DNA of 64,000 bases from positions 2,944,001 to 3,008,000 of the forward strand of contig OZ241907.1 of NCBI GenBank assembly GCA_965203515.1, read 5' to 3'. Positions 47,798 to 58,091 of this stretch are shown here, one piece after another (the stretch's first letter is position 1; each line of letters opens with the position of its first letter). A program made the position numbers and the translations under genes. This DNA is from Spirochaetia bacterium (GTDB lineage: Bacteria > Spirochaetota > Spirochaetia > SZUA-6 > Bin103). A model generated the notes under the pieces. The model made no database searches, was not told the DNA's origin, and was given only the letters and a program-made list of their open reading frames with translations.

Positions 47798-49354
47798 ATG
47801 GACACGGGCCCGGCCGGCGCGGCGCGCGAGTACGACGATCCGGTGGAGGCGGAGGCTTACGCCACCTTCGGGGTGCCGTACCTCTATCCGGCGCAGCGGC
47901 TGGTGATCGACGACATCCTGGACGGCCGCAGCCAGATCGTGCTGATGCCGACCGGGGGCGGCAAGTCGCTCTGCTTCCAGCTTCCGGCGCGCCTGCTGGC
48001 CGGACCGACGCTGGTGGTCGTCCCGTTGCTGTCGCTGCTCCAGGACCAGCTCCGGCGGCTGCGGGAGGGGCCGTTGCGGGTCGCCGCGCTGGCCGGCGCG
48101 CAGGAGCAGCCGGAGCGCCGGCAGATACTGCATCGGCTGGCGGAACGGGAGATCGACGTGCTGTTCACCACGCCGGAAACGCTCGCCGGCCGATTCGGGG
48201 AGGCGCTGCCAAGCCTGAGCATCTCTCACTGCGTGATCGACGAGGCGCACTGCATCTCGGAGTGGGGCGACCGATTTCGGCCCGCCTACGTGGAGATGGG
48301 GGCGGTGATCCGCGCCGCCGGCATACCGGTGGTGAGCGCCTTCACCGCCACCGCCAGCAGCGGCATCGTCCGGCGCATCCGGGAGGTGATCTATGCCGAT
48401 GCCCCGGTGTCGGTGGTGGCGGTCGACCCCGATCGGACCAATCTGCGCTACGCGGTCCGCCAGGCGCTCTCCAAGCGGCGCGCGCTGGTCGAGTGCGCGG
48501 AACGGATGGCCCGCCCGCTGATCGCCTTCGCCTCCAGCCGGGGCGGCACCGAGCACTACGCCCGCCATCTGCAGGCCGCCGGCATCGCCTCCGCCCGCTT
48601 CTATCACGCCGGACTCGACGCCGAAGAGCGGCGGGCGATCGAACGATGGTTCATGGAGTCGGCCGACGGCGTGCTGGTCGCCACCTCCGCCTACGGGATG
48701 GGGGTCGACAAGGGCGACATACGCACCGCCGTGCACCTCGACCCGCCGCCGTCGATGGAGGCGTACCTGCAGGAGGCGGGCCGCGCAGGGCGCGACGGCC
48801 GGCCGGCCGCCGCGCTGCTGCTGCACGCCGGCGAGGCGGAGCGGCGGCGGATGGCGCTGATGACGCCGGCCGACCGGCGGCGCTACGCCGCCATGCTCGA
48901 CTACGCCGCTTCCCGCCGCTGCCGACGCGAGCAGCTCCTGGCGCCGTTCACGGATGGCGAGGTCGCCTGCAGCGGCTGCGACGTCTGCGACCGGGAGATC
49001 GCGCCGGCGCCGCCGGAGGCCGCGGAGATCGCCGCCCTGGTGCGCCGGCACCGCGGGCGCTTCGGCCTGCGCGAGACCGCGCTGCTGCTGGGCGGCCGGC
49101 CCACCTATGAGGCGGCCGCCCTCGGCCTGCGCCGGACGCGGGGGTTCGGCTACCTGCGCGGCTGGCGCGAGGCGGAGATCGACGAAGCGCTCGCCGCGCT
49201 GTTGGCCGCGGGGACGATCGAGCGCCGGCGGCGCGGATTCGCGCCGGCGCGCCTGGTCACGCCGCGCCGGCGAGCGGCGGCCGGCGCGGCCGCTTCCGCC
49301 GCCCGCGCCGTTTCCGAAACCGACCGGCTGCGGTACGTTGGTCGACAGCCCTGA
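47798..49354 (+). CDS. recQ: RecQ-family DNA helicase
   Basis: MPTGGGKSLCFQ, DEAHCISEWG..FRP, TATA, YHAGL, QEAGRAGRDG, CRR...CSGCDVC. Confidence 0.92.
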   Translation: MDTGPAGAAREYDDPVEAEAYATFGVPYLYPAQRLVIDDILDGRSQIVLMPTGGGKSLCFQLPARLLAGPTLVVVPLLSLLQDQLRRLREGPLRVAALAGAQEQPERRQILHRLAEREIDVLFTTPETLAGRFGEALPSLSISHCVIDEAHCISEWGDRFRPAYVEMGAVIRAAGIPVVSAFTATASSGIVRRIREVIYADAPVSVVAVDPDRTNLRYAVRQALSKRRALVECAERMARPLIAFASSRGGTEHYARHLQAAGIASARFYHAGLDAEERRAIERWFMESADGVLVATSAYGMGVDKGDIRTAVHLDPPPSMEAYLQEAGRAGRDGRPAAALLLHAGEAERRRMALMTPADRRRYAAMLDYAASRRCRREQLLAPFTDGEVACSGCDVCDREIAPAPPEAAEIAALVRRHRGRFGLRETALLLGGRPTYEAAALGLRRTRGFGYLRGWREAEIDEALAALLAAGTIERRRRGFAPARLVTPRRRAAAGAAASAARAVSETDRLRYVGRQP

Positions 49355-49372
49355 GATCAGGAGGCTAGGGAG

Positions 49373-49918
49373 ATGTTGTCCGCAGGCAAGCGAAACTTGA
49401 AGTCATCGACGTTGGTGGTGGTGGTGCTCGCCGCGGCGCTGGTCGTCACCGCGTCGATCCTCGTCCACGTGCTGTTTGCCAGCAACGTCAACGATCTGAC
49501 CGTCGAGCTGCTGGCCGCCATCATCGCGGTCGTGCTGGTGGTGGCGTCGGTCGGCGTGACCATCCACTTTCAGGTTCGGTCGGAAACCGAACGGGAGTAC
49601 CGGGTCGAGCTGTTTCGGCAGAAGCTCAAGCTGTACGAGGACACGCTGGCGTGCATCGCCAAGTCCGACGACGACGGCACGATCCACGACCACGAAATCG
49701 AGGAGATGCGCAACTTCGCGCGGATGACCGCACTGGTAGCCAATCGCGACCTGATGGAATCGCTGGCCACCTTCATCACGTCGGTGGAGCGCAACCGAAC
49801 GCTGACCAACGACGACTACCAGGGTTCCTTTCGGTCGGTCGTCGACGCGATGCGCGAAGACCTGGGCGTGGTGGAAGGAGAGGTACGCGACTTCGTCAAG
49901 ATGCTCATGAAGGAGTGA
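49373..49918 (+). CDS. Hypothetical 2TM membrane protein
   Basis: Two hydrophobic helices followed by a helical tail. Confidence 0.65.
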   Translation: MLSAGKRNLKSSTLVVVVLAAALVVTASILVHVLFASNVNDLTVELLAAIIAVVLVVASVGVTIHFQVRSETEREYRVELFRQKLKLYEDTLACIAKSDDDGTIHDHEIEEMRNFARMTALVANRDLMESLATFITSVERNRTLTNDDYQGSFRSVVDAMREDLGVVEGEVRDFVKMLMKE

Positions 49919-49929
49919 GCCGATTCACG

Positions 49930-50931
49930 ATGTCATCCTCCTCCGCACCGGTGCACATCCGCGCCGCCGGCCTCACCAAGCGCTTTCGGGTCGCCGAGCG
50001 CCGGCCGGGCATGCTCGGCGCGCTTGCCGGCGTGGTGCGCCGCCGCCATCGCCTGGTCACGGCCGTGGAGGATGTCTCGTTTTCGGTCCGGCGCGGCGAG
50101 CTGGTCGGCTACATCGGCCCCAATGGCGCCGGCAAGAGCACCACCGTCAAGCTGCTGTCGGGGATCCTGGTGCCGGACGCCGGCACCTGCGTGATCGACG
50201 GCATGACGCCGTGGACCGACCGGCGGCGGTACGTCGCCTCCATCGGCGCGGTGTTCGGGCAGCGCACGCAGCTCTTGTGGGACTTGCCGGTGACGGAATC
50301 GTTCGATCTGCTGCGCGACATCTACCGCGTGCCGGCCGGCCGCTATGCAAAGACGCGGGCGGAGATGGTCGACCTGCTCGACCTGCAGGCGCTGCTCGAC
50401 ACGCCGGCGCGGCAGCTCAGCCTGGGCCAGCGCATGCGTTGCGATCTGGCCGCGGCGCTGCTGCACGCGCCGCGGCTCTTGTTCCTGGACGAGCCGACGA
50501 TCGGCCTGGACGCCGTCGCCAAGCTCGCCGTGCGCGACTTCATCGGCCGGCTGCGCGAGCGCGGCGTGACCGTGATCCTCACCACCCATGACATGGACGA
50601 CATAGAGACGCTTTGCGACCGGGTGATCGTCATCAGCGCCGGCCGCATCGTCCTGGACGGGTCGGTCGCCGAACTGCGCGCCGCGTCGGCCGGCGAGCGC
50701 TACCTGTCGGTCGACCTGGAGCACGGCGCCGACGCCGGCGACCTGCGCGTCTCCGACGCCCAGGTGGTCGAACGCCGCGGACACCGCCTGCGCCTGCGGT
50801 TCGATCCCCGCAACGTGCCGGCCGCGGCGCTGATCCGCGCCGTCACCGACCGCTGCGCGGTCCGCGATCTGTTCGTTGAAGCTCCGCCGATCGAGCGGAT
50901 CATCGCCGAGCTCTACCGCCGCCACGGCTGA
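49930..50931 (+). CDS. ABC transporter ATP-binding protein
   Basis: GPNGAGKST, LSLGQRMR, FLDEPTIGLD, TTHDM. Confidence 0.92.
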   Translation: MSSSSAPVHIRAAGLTKRFRVAERRPGMLGALAGVVRRRHRLVTAVEDVSFSVRRGELVGYIGPNGAGKSTTVKLLSGILVPDAGTCVIDGMTPWTDRRRYVASIGAVFGQRTQLLWDLPVTESFDLLRDIYRVPAGRYAKTRAEMVDLLDLQALLDTPARQLSLGQRMRCDLAAALLHAPRLLFLDEPTIGLDAVAKLAVRDFIGRLRERGVTVILTTHDMDDIETLCDRVIVISAGRIVLDGSVAELRAASAGERYLSVDLEHGADAGDLRVSDAQVVERRGHRLRLRFDPRNVPAAALIRAVTDRCAVRDLFVEAPPIERIIAELYRRHG

Positions 50932-50934
50932 TCG

Positions 50935-51768
50935 ATGGCCGCCGTCCCGCCGCTGCGCGGCTATGCCGCGCTGGCCGGCGCGCGCCTGCGCGCCATGCTG
51001 CAGTACCGCGCGGCGGCGCTCGCCGCCCTCACCACGCAGCTCTTCTGGGGCCTGCTGCGCTTGATGATCCTGGACGGGTTCTACCGCAGCGCGCCGCAGG
51101 CGAGCGACTTCGGCACCGAGCACCTGGCCTCCTACGTCTGGTTGGGGCAGGCGCTGTTCGCGCTCTTTCCGCACGCCGTCGACCCGGTGGTCGCCGAACG
51201 AGTGCGCGGCGGCGCGGTCGCCTACGAGCTGCTGCGGCCGCTCGACCTGTACGCCCACTGGGCGGTCAGCGTCACCGGCTGGCGGGTCGGCATGACCGTG
51301 CTGCGCGCCGTGCCGATGGTGCTGATCGCCGCCGCGGCGCTGCCGCTGCTCGGCGTACGGGAGTGGAGCCTGGGTCCGCCGGCCGGCGCGGCCGCGGCGC
51401 TCGGCTTTGCCGCCAGCGTCACGCTGGGGCTGCTGATCGGCACGGCGATCACGCTGGTGGGGCAGGCGATGCTGCTGCGCACCCTCAGCGCCGCCGGCTG
51501 GAACGCGCTCCTGCCGGCGGTGATGTGGTTCTGCTCCGGCGCGCTGGTGCCGCTGCCGTACCTGGCCGATTGGGCGCAGGCGGCGCTGACGCTGCTGCCG
51601 TTCGCGGGGCTGATGGACACGCCGTTCCGCATCTATACCGGCCACCTGGCCGGCGCCGCGGCGGCGCAGGCGCTGCTGGTGCAGGCGGCGTGGGTGGTGG
51701 CGCTGGTGGCGGTCGGCCGCCTGCTGCTTGCGCGCGGCGTCCGCCGGGTCGTGATCCAGGGTGGTTAG
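50935..51768 (+). CDS. ABC-2 family permease (DUF990-like)
   Basis: LQYR, YVWLGQ, YELLRP; multi-TM. Confidence 0.85.
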   Translation: MAAVPPLRGYAALAGARLRAMLQYRAAALAALTTQLFWGLLRLMILDGFYRSAPQASDFGTEHLASYVWLGQALFALFPHAVDPVVAERVRGGAVAYELLRPLDLYAHWAVSVTGWRVGMTVLRAVPMVLIAAAALPLLGVREWSLGPPAGAAAALGFAASVTLGLLIGTAITLVGQAMLLRTLSAAGWNALLPAVMWFCSGALVPLPYLADWAQAALTLLPFAGLMDTPFRIYTGHLAGAAAAQALLVQAAWVVALVAVGRLLLARGVRRVVIQGG

Positions 51769-51775
51769 GCTCGGC

Positions 51776-52600
51776 ATGAGCCGGCCCGATCGGCGCCGCC
51801 CCGGGGCGTTGCGCATGATCGGCCGCTACGCGGCGGCCAACCTGCGCTCGCACCTGCAGTACCGCGCGTCGTTCCTGATGGAGGCGCTCGGGCAGTTCCT
51901 GGTCGCGGTCGTGGAGTTCCTGGCGATCTGGGCCCTGTTCGGACGGTTCGGCAACATCAAGGGCTGGACGCTGCCGGAGGTGGCGCTGTTCTACGGCGTC
52001 GTGCACGTGGTGTTCGCGGTGGCCGATACGGTCGCCCGCGGCTTCGACCGGTTCAGCGTCCACGTCCGCGACGGCACCTTCGACCGCGTGCTGCTCCGCC
52101 CGCGCGCGCCGTTGCTGCAGGTGCTCGGCCTGGAGCTCGCCCCGAAGCGGATCGGCCGGCTGCTGCAGGGCACGGCGGTGCTGATCTGGGCGCTGAGCCG
52201 TCTGCCGGGCGGCCCCACCGCCGGCGACGCCGCCCTGCTGCTCTGGTCGGCGTCGGGCGCGTTCGCGGCCTTCTTCTCGCTGTTCCTGCTGGCGGCTGCC
52301 CTCACCTTCTGGAGCACCGAGACGCTGGAGATCATCAACATCGTCTCGCACGGCGGGGTGGAGGCGACGCAGTACCCGATCGCCGTGTTCGGCCGCGCGC
52401 TCCGCTACCTGTTTCTGTTCGTGGTGCCGATCGGCACGGTGACCTACTTTCCGGTGGCGGCCGTCCTGGGCCGCCCCGACCCGCTGCCGGCGCCGCCGGC
52501 GGCCGCCTGGCTCGCGCCGTGCGCGGGGTTCGTCTTCCTGGCCATGGCGGTCGGGCTGTGGCGGCTCGGCGTGCGGCGCTATACTTCCACCGGCTCGTAA
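51776..52600 (+). CDS. ABC-2 family permease (DUF990-like)
   Basis: QYRASF, GW, GTFDRVLLRP, QYPI, RRYTSTGS. Confidence 0.85.
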   Translation: MSRPDRRRPGALRMIGRYAAANLRSHLQYRASFLMEALGQFLVAVVEFLAIWALFGRFGNIKGWTLPEVALFYGVVHVVFAVADTVARGFDRFSVHVRDGTFDRVLLRPRAPLLQVLGLELAPKRIGRLLQGTAVLIWALSRLPGGPTAGDAALLLWSASGAFAAFFSLFLLAAALTFWSTETLEIINIVSHGGVEATQYPIAVFGRALRYLFLFVVPIGTVTYFPVAAVLGRPDPLPAPPAAAWLAPCAGFVFLAMAVGLWRLGVRRYTSTGS

Positions 52601-52642
52601 AGCCGCGCGCACGGACCGCGTCCCGGGATTTATACTCGGCCC

Positions 52643-53026
52643 GTGCCCGATCGCTCAGGAGACTGGCTCTCGCAGGCCAAGCGCAACCTCGAGCAGGCGC
52701 TGGCATCGCGCGACGAAGGACGGGACGAATGGGCCTGCTTCGCTGCGCACCAGGCGGCGGAACTGGCGGTCAAGGCGCTCCACCTGGCCTGCGGCCAGGA
52801 AGCGTGGGGTCATGTCTTGACGCGGTTGCTGGCCGATCTTCCGCAACCGGTCGAACCGGCGCTGCTCGAACGCGCTCGCGTGCTGGACAACTATTACGTA
52901 CCCACGCGCTACCCCAACGGCCATGCGGAAGGGCCTCCGTTCGAGCACTACGGCCCACTTCAGAGCAGGGAGGCCATCGCGCATGCCAGTGCGATCATTG
53001 ACCACGTCAGTGCTGCGGTGGCCTAG
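52643..53026 (+). CDS. HEPN-domain protein
   Basis: DWLSQA, WACFAAHQAAE.AVKA, WGH, YYVPTRYP. Confidence 0.88.
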   Translation: MPDRSGDWLSQAKRNLEQALASRDEGRDEWACFAAHQAAELAVKALHLACGQEAWGHVLTRLLADLPQPVEPALLERARVLDNYYVPTRYPNGHAEGPPFEHYGPLQSREAIAHASAIIDHVSAAVA

Positions 53027-53378
53027 CCGCGAGGCGGTCCGGGCCGCCGTCGTCGGCTGGGCACGGAACGCCGCCGACCGGGATCGGTCGATCCGCAGGA
53101 TCGGCTACTTCGGCTCCTGCGCGCGCGGCGACTGGGGCGTCGGCAGCGACCTCGACCTGATTCTGATACTCGACGAGACCGCGACCGCCCGGGACGCGCG
53201 CTTCGATACGACCGACCTGCCGGTAGCGGCGGACGTAACGGTGTTCACGGAGGCGCAATGGCATGCACGCCTCCTGCGCCGAGATCGCTTCGCCCGCGTG
53301 TTGCAGACTGAGACGGTCTGGCTCCATCCCCGCCACGTGCGCGACGCGGAGTTTGACCCGGCGGCGGCGCGGCGGTAG
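52983..53378 (+). CDS. Minimal nucleotidyltransferase (MNT)
   Basis: FGSCARGD...SDLDL; overlaps the HEPN gene. Confidence 0.85.
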   Translation: MPVRSLTTSVLRWPSREAVRAAVVGWARNAADRDRSIRRIGYFGSCARGDWGVGSDLDLILILDETATARDARFDTTDLPVAADVTVFTEAQWHARLLRRDRFARVLQTETVWLHPRHVRDAEFDPAAARR

Positions 53379-53424
53379 ACTGCGGGCGGTTTCCGGGTCC
53401 GGTTCGGGCCCGCCTCCCGCCTGC

Positions 53425-54972
53425 ATGCAAGACCGCTTGTTGGAGACGTACCGGAACAAGCGCGCCGAGGCCGAGGCCGGCGGCGGCGCCAAGCGCATCG
53501 CGGCGCAGCACGCCAAGGGCAAGCTGACGGCGCGCGAGCGGATCGCCGCGCTGGTCGACCCCGATTCGTTCATCGAGCAGCAGCCGTTCGTGACGGTGCG
53601 GTCGACCGACTTCGGCATGGACCGGCAGCGCGTGCCCGGCGACGGCGTGGTGACCGGCAGCGCCAAGATCGACGGCCGGCAGGTGTTCGTGGCCGCGCAG
53701 GACTTCACCGTGGTCGGCGGCACGTTGGGCGAGATGCACGCGCAGCGGATCGCCGCCGCGCAGCACCTGGCGCTGGAATCCGGCGTGCCGTTCATCCAGA
53801 TCAACGACTCCGGCGGCGCCCGCATCCAGGAAGGGGTCCTGTCGCTGGACGGCTATGCCCGGATCTTTCGCGCCAACACCCTGTCCTCCGGCGTGATCCC
53901 GCAGTTCTCGGTGATCCTGGGGCCGTGCGCCGGCGGCGCGGTCTACTCGCCGGCGATCACGGACTTCATCTTCATGGTCGACACGATCAGCAACATGTAC
54001 ATCACCGGGCCGGACGTCATCCGCGCGGTGACGGGCGAGCAGATCTCGCACGGCGACCTGGGCGGCGCCGTCCCGCACGCGGCGACCAGCGGCGTCGCGC
54101 ACTTCCGCTTTGCGGACGAACCGCAGTGCCTGGCCGGCCTGCGGCGGCTGCTCGGCTACCTGCCGCTCAACAATCAGGAGCCGCCGCCGCTGCTGCCGGT
54201 CACCGACCCGATCGACCGCGCCACCCAAGGCATCGACGATCTGATCCCCGACGACGCGCGCCGCCCCTTCGACGTGCGCGCCATGGTCGCCGAGGCGTTC
54301 GATCGCGGCTCGTTCATCGAGGTGCAGCCGGAGTTCGCCCGGAACGTGGTGGTCGGCTTCGCCAGGCTGGCCGGCCGCACCGTGGGCGTGTTCGCCAACC
54401 AGCCGAGCGTCTACGCCGCCTCCCTGGACATCGATTCATCGGACAAGGCAGCCCGCTTCCTGCGCTTCTGCGATGCGTTCAACGTGCCGATCGTGTCGCT
54501 GGTCGACGTCCCCGGCTTCCTGCCGGGCGTCACGCAGGAGCACGGCGGCATCATCCGCCACGGCGCCAAGATCCTGTACGCGATCGCCGAGGCGACCGTG
54601 CCCAAGGTGGCGCTGATCGTGCGCAAGGCATACGGCGGCGCCTTCATCGCCATGGCGTCCAAGTCGCTCGGCTACGATCGCGTGCTGGCGTTTCCGAGCG
54701 CGGAGATCGCGGTCCTGGGCGCCGAAGGGGCGGCCAACATCATCTTCCGCCGCGACATCGCCGCCGCCGAGGACCCCGCGGCCATGCGCCGGGAAAAGGT
54801 GGAGGAGTTCCGCGAGACCGTGATGAATCCGTTCATCGCCGCCGGCCACGGCTTCATCGACGACGTCATCGAGCCCGCCGCCACCCGGATCGAGCTGGTG
54901 CGCTCCATCGAGATGCTGGCCCGCAAGCGCCAGGACCGCCCGGCGAAGAAGCACGGCAACATTCCCCTGTAG
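53425..54972 (+). CDS. Acyl-CoA carboxyltransferase (methylmalonyl-CoA decarboxylase alpha/PccB-like)
   Basis: GKLTARERI, DSGGARIQEG, GPCAGGAVYSPA, DVPGFLPG, KKHGNIPL. Confidence 0.92.
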   Translation: MQDRLLETYRNKRAEAEAGGGAKRIAAQHAKGKLTARERIAALVDPDSFIEQQPFVTVRSTDFGMDRQRVPGDGVVTGSAKIDGRQVFVAAQDFTVVGGTLGEMHAQRIAAAQHLALESGVPFIQINDSGGARIQEGVLSLDGYARIFRANTLSSGVIPQFSVILGPCAGGAVYSPAITDFIFMVDTISNMYITGPDVIRAVTGEQISHGDLGGAVPHAATSGVAHFRFADEPQCLAGLRRLLGYLPLNNQEPPPLLPVTDPIDRATQGIDDLIPDDARRPFDVRAMVAEAFDRGSFIEVQPEFARNVVVGFARLAGRTVGVFANQPSVYAASLDIDSSDKAARFLRFCDAFNVPIVSLVDVPGFLPGVTQEHGGIIRHGAKILYAIAEATVPKVALIVRKAYGGAFIAMASKSLGYDRVLAFPSAEIAVLGAEGAANIIFRRDIAAAEDPAAMRREKVEEFRETVMNPFIAAGHGFIDDVIEPAATRIELVRSIEMLARKRQDRPAKKHGNIPL

Positions 54973-54976
54973 CGCC

Positions 54977-55321
54977 ATGAATGCCCAGCCGTCCCTAGTG
55001 GCCATCGTCCTGCTCGGCATGGGGGTCGTATTCGTCTTTCTGGTCTTTCTGAGCGCGATGATGGCGGCGCTCACGGCGGTCGCCGGCCGGCGCGCGGCGA
55101 CTCCCGCCGGCTCGCCGCCGGTTGCGGAACCGGCCGGACCCGGCAGCCCCGGATGGATCGTCGCGGCCACCGCCGCCTTTCTGGCCGCCGAGCAGGCCGC
55201 CGCGCGGTTGCCGAGCGCCGCCGCATGGCGGCCGTACGACACGGCGGACGCGGTGCGCTGGCGGCTGGGAGCCGCGCCGGCCTACCGCGGCGGCATGCCC
55301 GAACGGCCGGCCACGCCATGA
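54977..55321 (+). CDS. OadG/MmdD-like decarboxylase subunit
   Basis: GMGVVFVFL N-terminal TM, Pro/Ala linker, operon position. Confidence 0.8.
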   Translation: MNAQPSLVAIVLLGMGVVFVFLVFLSAMMAALTAVAGRRAATPAGSPPVAEPAGPGSPGWIVAATAAFLAAEQAAARLPSAAAWRPYDTADAVRWRLGAAPAYRGGMPERPATP

Positions 55322-55776
55322 GCACGATCCGATTCCGCTACGAGGGGGTCCTCTACGAGGTCGACGTCGTCCGGGACGGGGATACCCTTGCGATCACCCA
55401 CGAAGGGCGCACCTACCGCGTCGACCTGGAGCCGGAAGCGGCGCCCGCGGACCGGCCGGCGCCCCCCCCTCCCCCGACGTCACCGCCTCCCGCCTCACGT
55501 CCGCCGGCCGCGCCTGCGCCGACCGCGCCTGCGCCGGCCGCTCCCCCGCCCGCGTCGGCGGGGCCGGGCGTGCTGCCGGCGCCGATGGCCGGTACCGTCA
55601 AGGAGGTCAAGGTCACGGCCGGCGAACAGGTGAGCGCCGGCCAGCTCGTCATCGTCATGGAAGCGATGAAGATGGATATCGACGTCACCGCCCCGGCCGC
55701 CGGCACCGTGGCCCAGGTGCACGTGAGCCCCGGCGACAACCGCGCGGCAGGCCAACCCCTGCTCACCATCAGGTAG
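55318..55776 (+). CDS. Biotin carboxyl carrier subunit
   Basis: Pro/Ala linker, APMAG, EAMKM. Confidence 0.92.
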   Translation: MSTIRFRYEGVLYEVDVVRDGDTLAITHEGRTYRVDLEPEAAPADRPAPPPPPTSPPPASRPPAAPAPTAPAPAAPPPASAGPGVLPAPMAGTVKEVKVTAGEQVSAGQLVIVMEAMKMDIDVTAPAAGTVAQVHVSPGDNRAAGQPLLTIR

Positions 55777-55790
55777 GCGGCGGCTGATCG

Positions 55791-56915
55791 ATGGGCCTGT
55801 TCGACCAGTTCCTGCAGGCGACCGGCCTGCCCGAGCTGACGCTGCCGCGCGCGGCCATGCTGGCCGTGGCGGGCGTGCTGCTCTACCTGGGCATCGTCCG
55901 TCAATACGAACCGCTGCTGCTGGTGCCGATCGGCTTCGGCGCGCTGCTGGTCAACCTGCCGGGGGTCGACCTGGCCGATCCCGGCGGCCTGCTGGAACAG
56001 ATCTACGCGTTCGGCATCAAGTCCGGCCTCTTTCCGCCGCTGATCTTCCTGGGCATTGGCGCCATGACCGACTTCACGCCGCTGCTGGCGCGGCCGCAGA
56101 CCTTCATCCTGGGAGCGGCCGCGCAGTTCGGGATCTTCGCCACGCTGTTGGGCGCCCGCGCGCTGGGATTCACGTCGCCGGAGGCCGCGTCGATCGCGAT
56201 CATCGGCGGCGCCGACGGTCCCACCGCGATCTACCTCACCGGCAAGCTGGCCGAGCACCTGCTGGGAGCGGTCGCCGTGGCCGCCTACTCCTACATGGCG
56301 CTGGTGCCGATCATCCAGCCGCCGATCATCCGGCTGCTGACCACCCGGCGCGAACGCCGCGTGCACATGGCGGACCTGCGGCCGGTCTCCACCCCGGTGA
56401 AGATCCTGTTTCCGATCCTCACGACCGTGACCGCGGCGCTGGTGGTGCCGGCCGCCGCGCCGCTGATCGGCATGCTGATGCTGGGCAATCTCCTGAAGGA
56501 GGCGAGCGCGCTCTCCGCCAAACTGGAACGCCTGTCGCAGGCCGCGCAGAACGAGATGATCAACATCGTCACGATCCTCCTCGGCCTGTCGGTCGGATCG
56601 CGTATGAGCGCCGACGCGTTCCTGAACGCCCAGACGCTGCAGATCATCGCCCTTGGCCTGATCGCCTTCGCCATCGGCACCTCCTCCGGCGTACTGATGG
56701 GGAAGCTGATGTGCGCGCTCACCGGCGGACGGGTGAATCCCATGATCGGCGCCGCCGGCGTGTCGGCGGTGCCGATGGCGGCCCGCGTGGTGCAGAAGGT
56801 GGGACAGGACGAGGACCCCGGCAACTTCCTGCTGATGAACGCCATGGGGCCGAACGTGGCGGGCGTGATCGGCTCGGCGGTCGCCGCCGGGGTACTGATC
56901 GCCCTGTTCGGATGA
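55791..56915 (+). CDS. Na+-translocating decarboxylase beta subunit (OadB/MmdB)
   Basis: [48 protein letters not shown]. Confidence 0.95.
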   Translation: MGLFDQFLQATGLPELTLPRAAMLAVAGVLLYLGIVRQYEPLLLVPIGFGALLVNLPGVDLADPGGLLEQIYAFGIKSGLFPPLIFLGIGAMTDFTPLLARPQTFILGAAAQFGIFATLLGARALGFTSPEAASIAIIGGADGPTAIYLTGKLAEHLLGAVAVAAYSYMALVPIIQPPIIRLLTTRRERRVHMADLRPVSTPVKILFPILTTVTAALVVPAAAPLIGMLMLGNLLKEASALSAKLERLSQAAQNEMINIVTILLGLSVGSRMSADAFLNAQTLQIIALGLIAFAIGTSSGVLMGKLMCALTGGRVNPMIGAAGVSAVPMAARVVQKVGQDEDPGNFLLMNAMGPNVAGVIGSAVAAGVLIALFG

Positions 56916-56940
56916 GCGGGTCTGGGATGAGCGGATTGAG

Positions 56941-57669
56941 ATGAGCCGGTTGATCGAGTTGCTCGACCGCGTCCGCGAACACACGCCGCGGCCGGCCGGC
57001 TTCGCTGCAAGCGGCAGGGACCGCGACGAGTTCGCGCTGATCGCGCAGGCGACCCCGCAGGCGCTGGCCGACGATCCGGAGTTGGCCGACGTCGACGCGG
57101 ACGCGTTCCTGCTGCGGCCGGGCCGCGCCGACCATCCCGCCCTGCCCGATGCCGCCAAGGTCCTGGGCGACCGCATCTGGGGCGTACGCCTGCCGATGTT
57201 CACCCTGGAGCTGACCAAGTCCCTGGTCGAGATCGGCTGCGACTACGTGATCCTCGACGCCGACGGCACCGATGCGGCGCTGCTGACCCTGCCCGACCTG
57301 GGCATCGTCGTCACCGTCGACCATCGCTCCGACGAGGGGATGATCCGTGCGTTCGCCGAGCTGGCGATCAACGGCATGCTGTTCCGGCCGGCGATCCGCG
57401 AAAAGCCGCTGTCGTTCAACCAGTTGGCGGCCGTCCAGCGCGTCTGCGGCGTCATCGACCGACCGCTGCTGCTGGAGACGCCGGACGGCGTATGCGGCGC
57501 CGATCTGGAGGTGCTGCGCAGCGTGGAGACCACCGGCCTGATCGTCGACGTGCCGCCGGCCGGCCGGCCGGCGGCGGTGCGCCGCTGCATGGGCGAGCTG
57601 CCGCCGCGCTCCGAAAGCCGCATGGTGCGGCGCGCCATGCCGTTCAGCATCGACGACTATGGTCCGTAG
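56941..57669 (+). CDS. Hypothetical protein
   Basis: 242-aa ORF with host-like codon usage; no recognised motif. Confidence 0.65.
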   Translation: MSRLIELLDRVREHTPRPAGFAASGRDRDEFALIAQATPQALADDPELADVDADAFLLRPGRADHPALPDAAKVLGDRIWGVRLPMFTLELTKSLVEIGCDYVILDADGTDAALLTLPDLGIVVTVDHRSDEGMIRAFAELAINGMLFRPAIREKPLSFNQLAAVQRVCGVIDRPLLLETPDGVCGADLEVLRSVETTGLIVDVPPAGRPAAVRRCMGELPPRSESRMVRRAMPFSIDDYGP

Positions 57670-58054
57670 CCGGGGAGGCAGCGCCACGAGCTTCACCGAC
57701 TACCTCTTCCTGATCCTTGCGCCGACGCTGATATCGATCGGCCAAGTTCTGGTCAAGCGCGCCGCCGGCTCGCTGGTCACGGACTCCGCATTCCGATTCG
57801 TCCGCTCGCTGCTGGCCAGCCCGTACTTCTGGACCGCGCTGGCGGTCTACAGCGCGTCGACGGTCCTGTGGCTGCTCGCACTGACGCGCGTGCCGCTGAG
57901 CAGAGCCATGCCCTTCGCCGCGCTGACCTTCGTCATCGTGCCGATCATCAGCATGCTGGTTCTGGGCGAGAAGCTGAACCTGCTGTTTTGGGCCGGGGTG
58001 GCGATCATCCTGACCGGCGTATACGTCACCGTCGCCGCCCTGCGCCCGACGTGA
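57659..58054 (+). CDS. Small DMT/EamA (ArnE/F-like) transporter
   Basis: 4 TM, GQVLVK, PLSRAMP, LGE. Confidence 0.8.
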   Translation: MVRSRGGSATSFTDYLFLILAPTLISIGQVLVKRAAGSLVTDSAFRFVRSLLASPYFWTALAVYSASTVLWLLALTRVPLSRAMPFAALTFVIVPIISMLVLGEKLNLLFWAGVAIILTGVYVTVAALRPT

Positions 58055-58091
58055 CCCGCTTGGAGGGGATGGACGCGCACGCGGGCCGCGG

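Noticed and set aside
52643..53378. HEPN-MNT pair as a novel system
   Set aside because: Common, well-known module.
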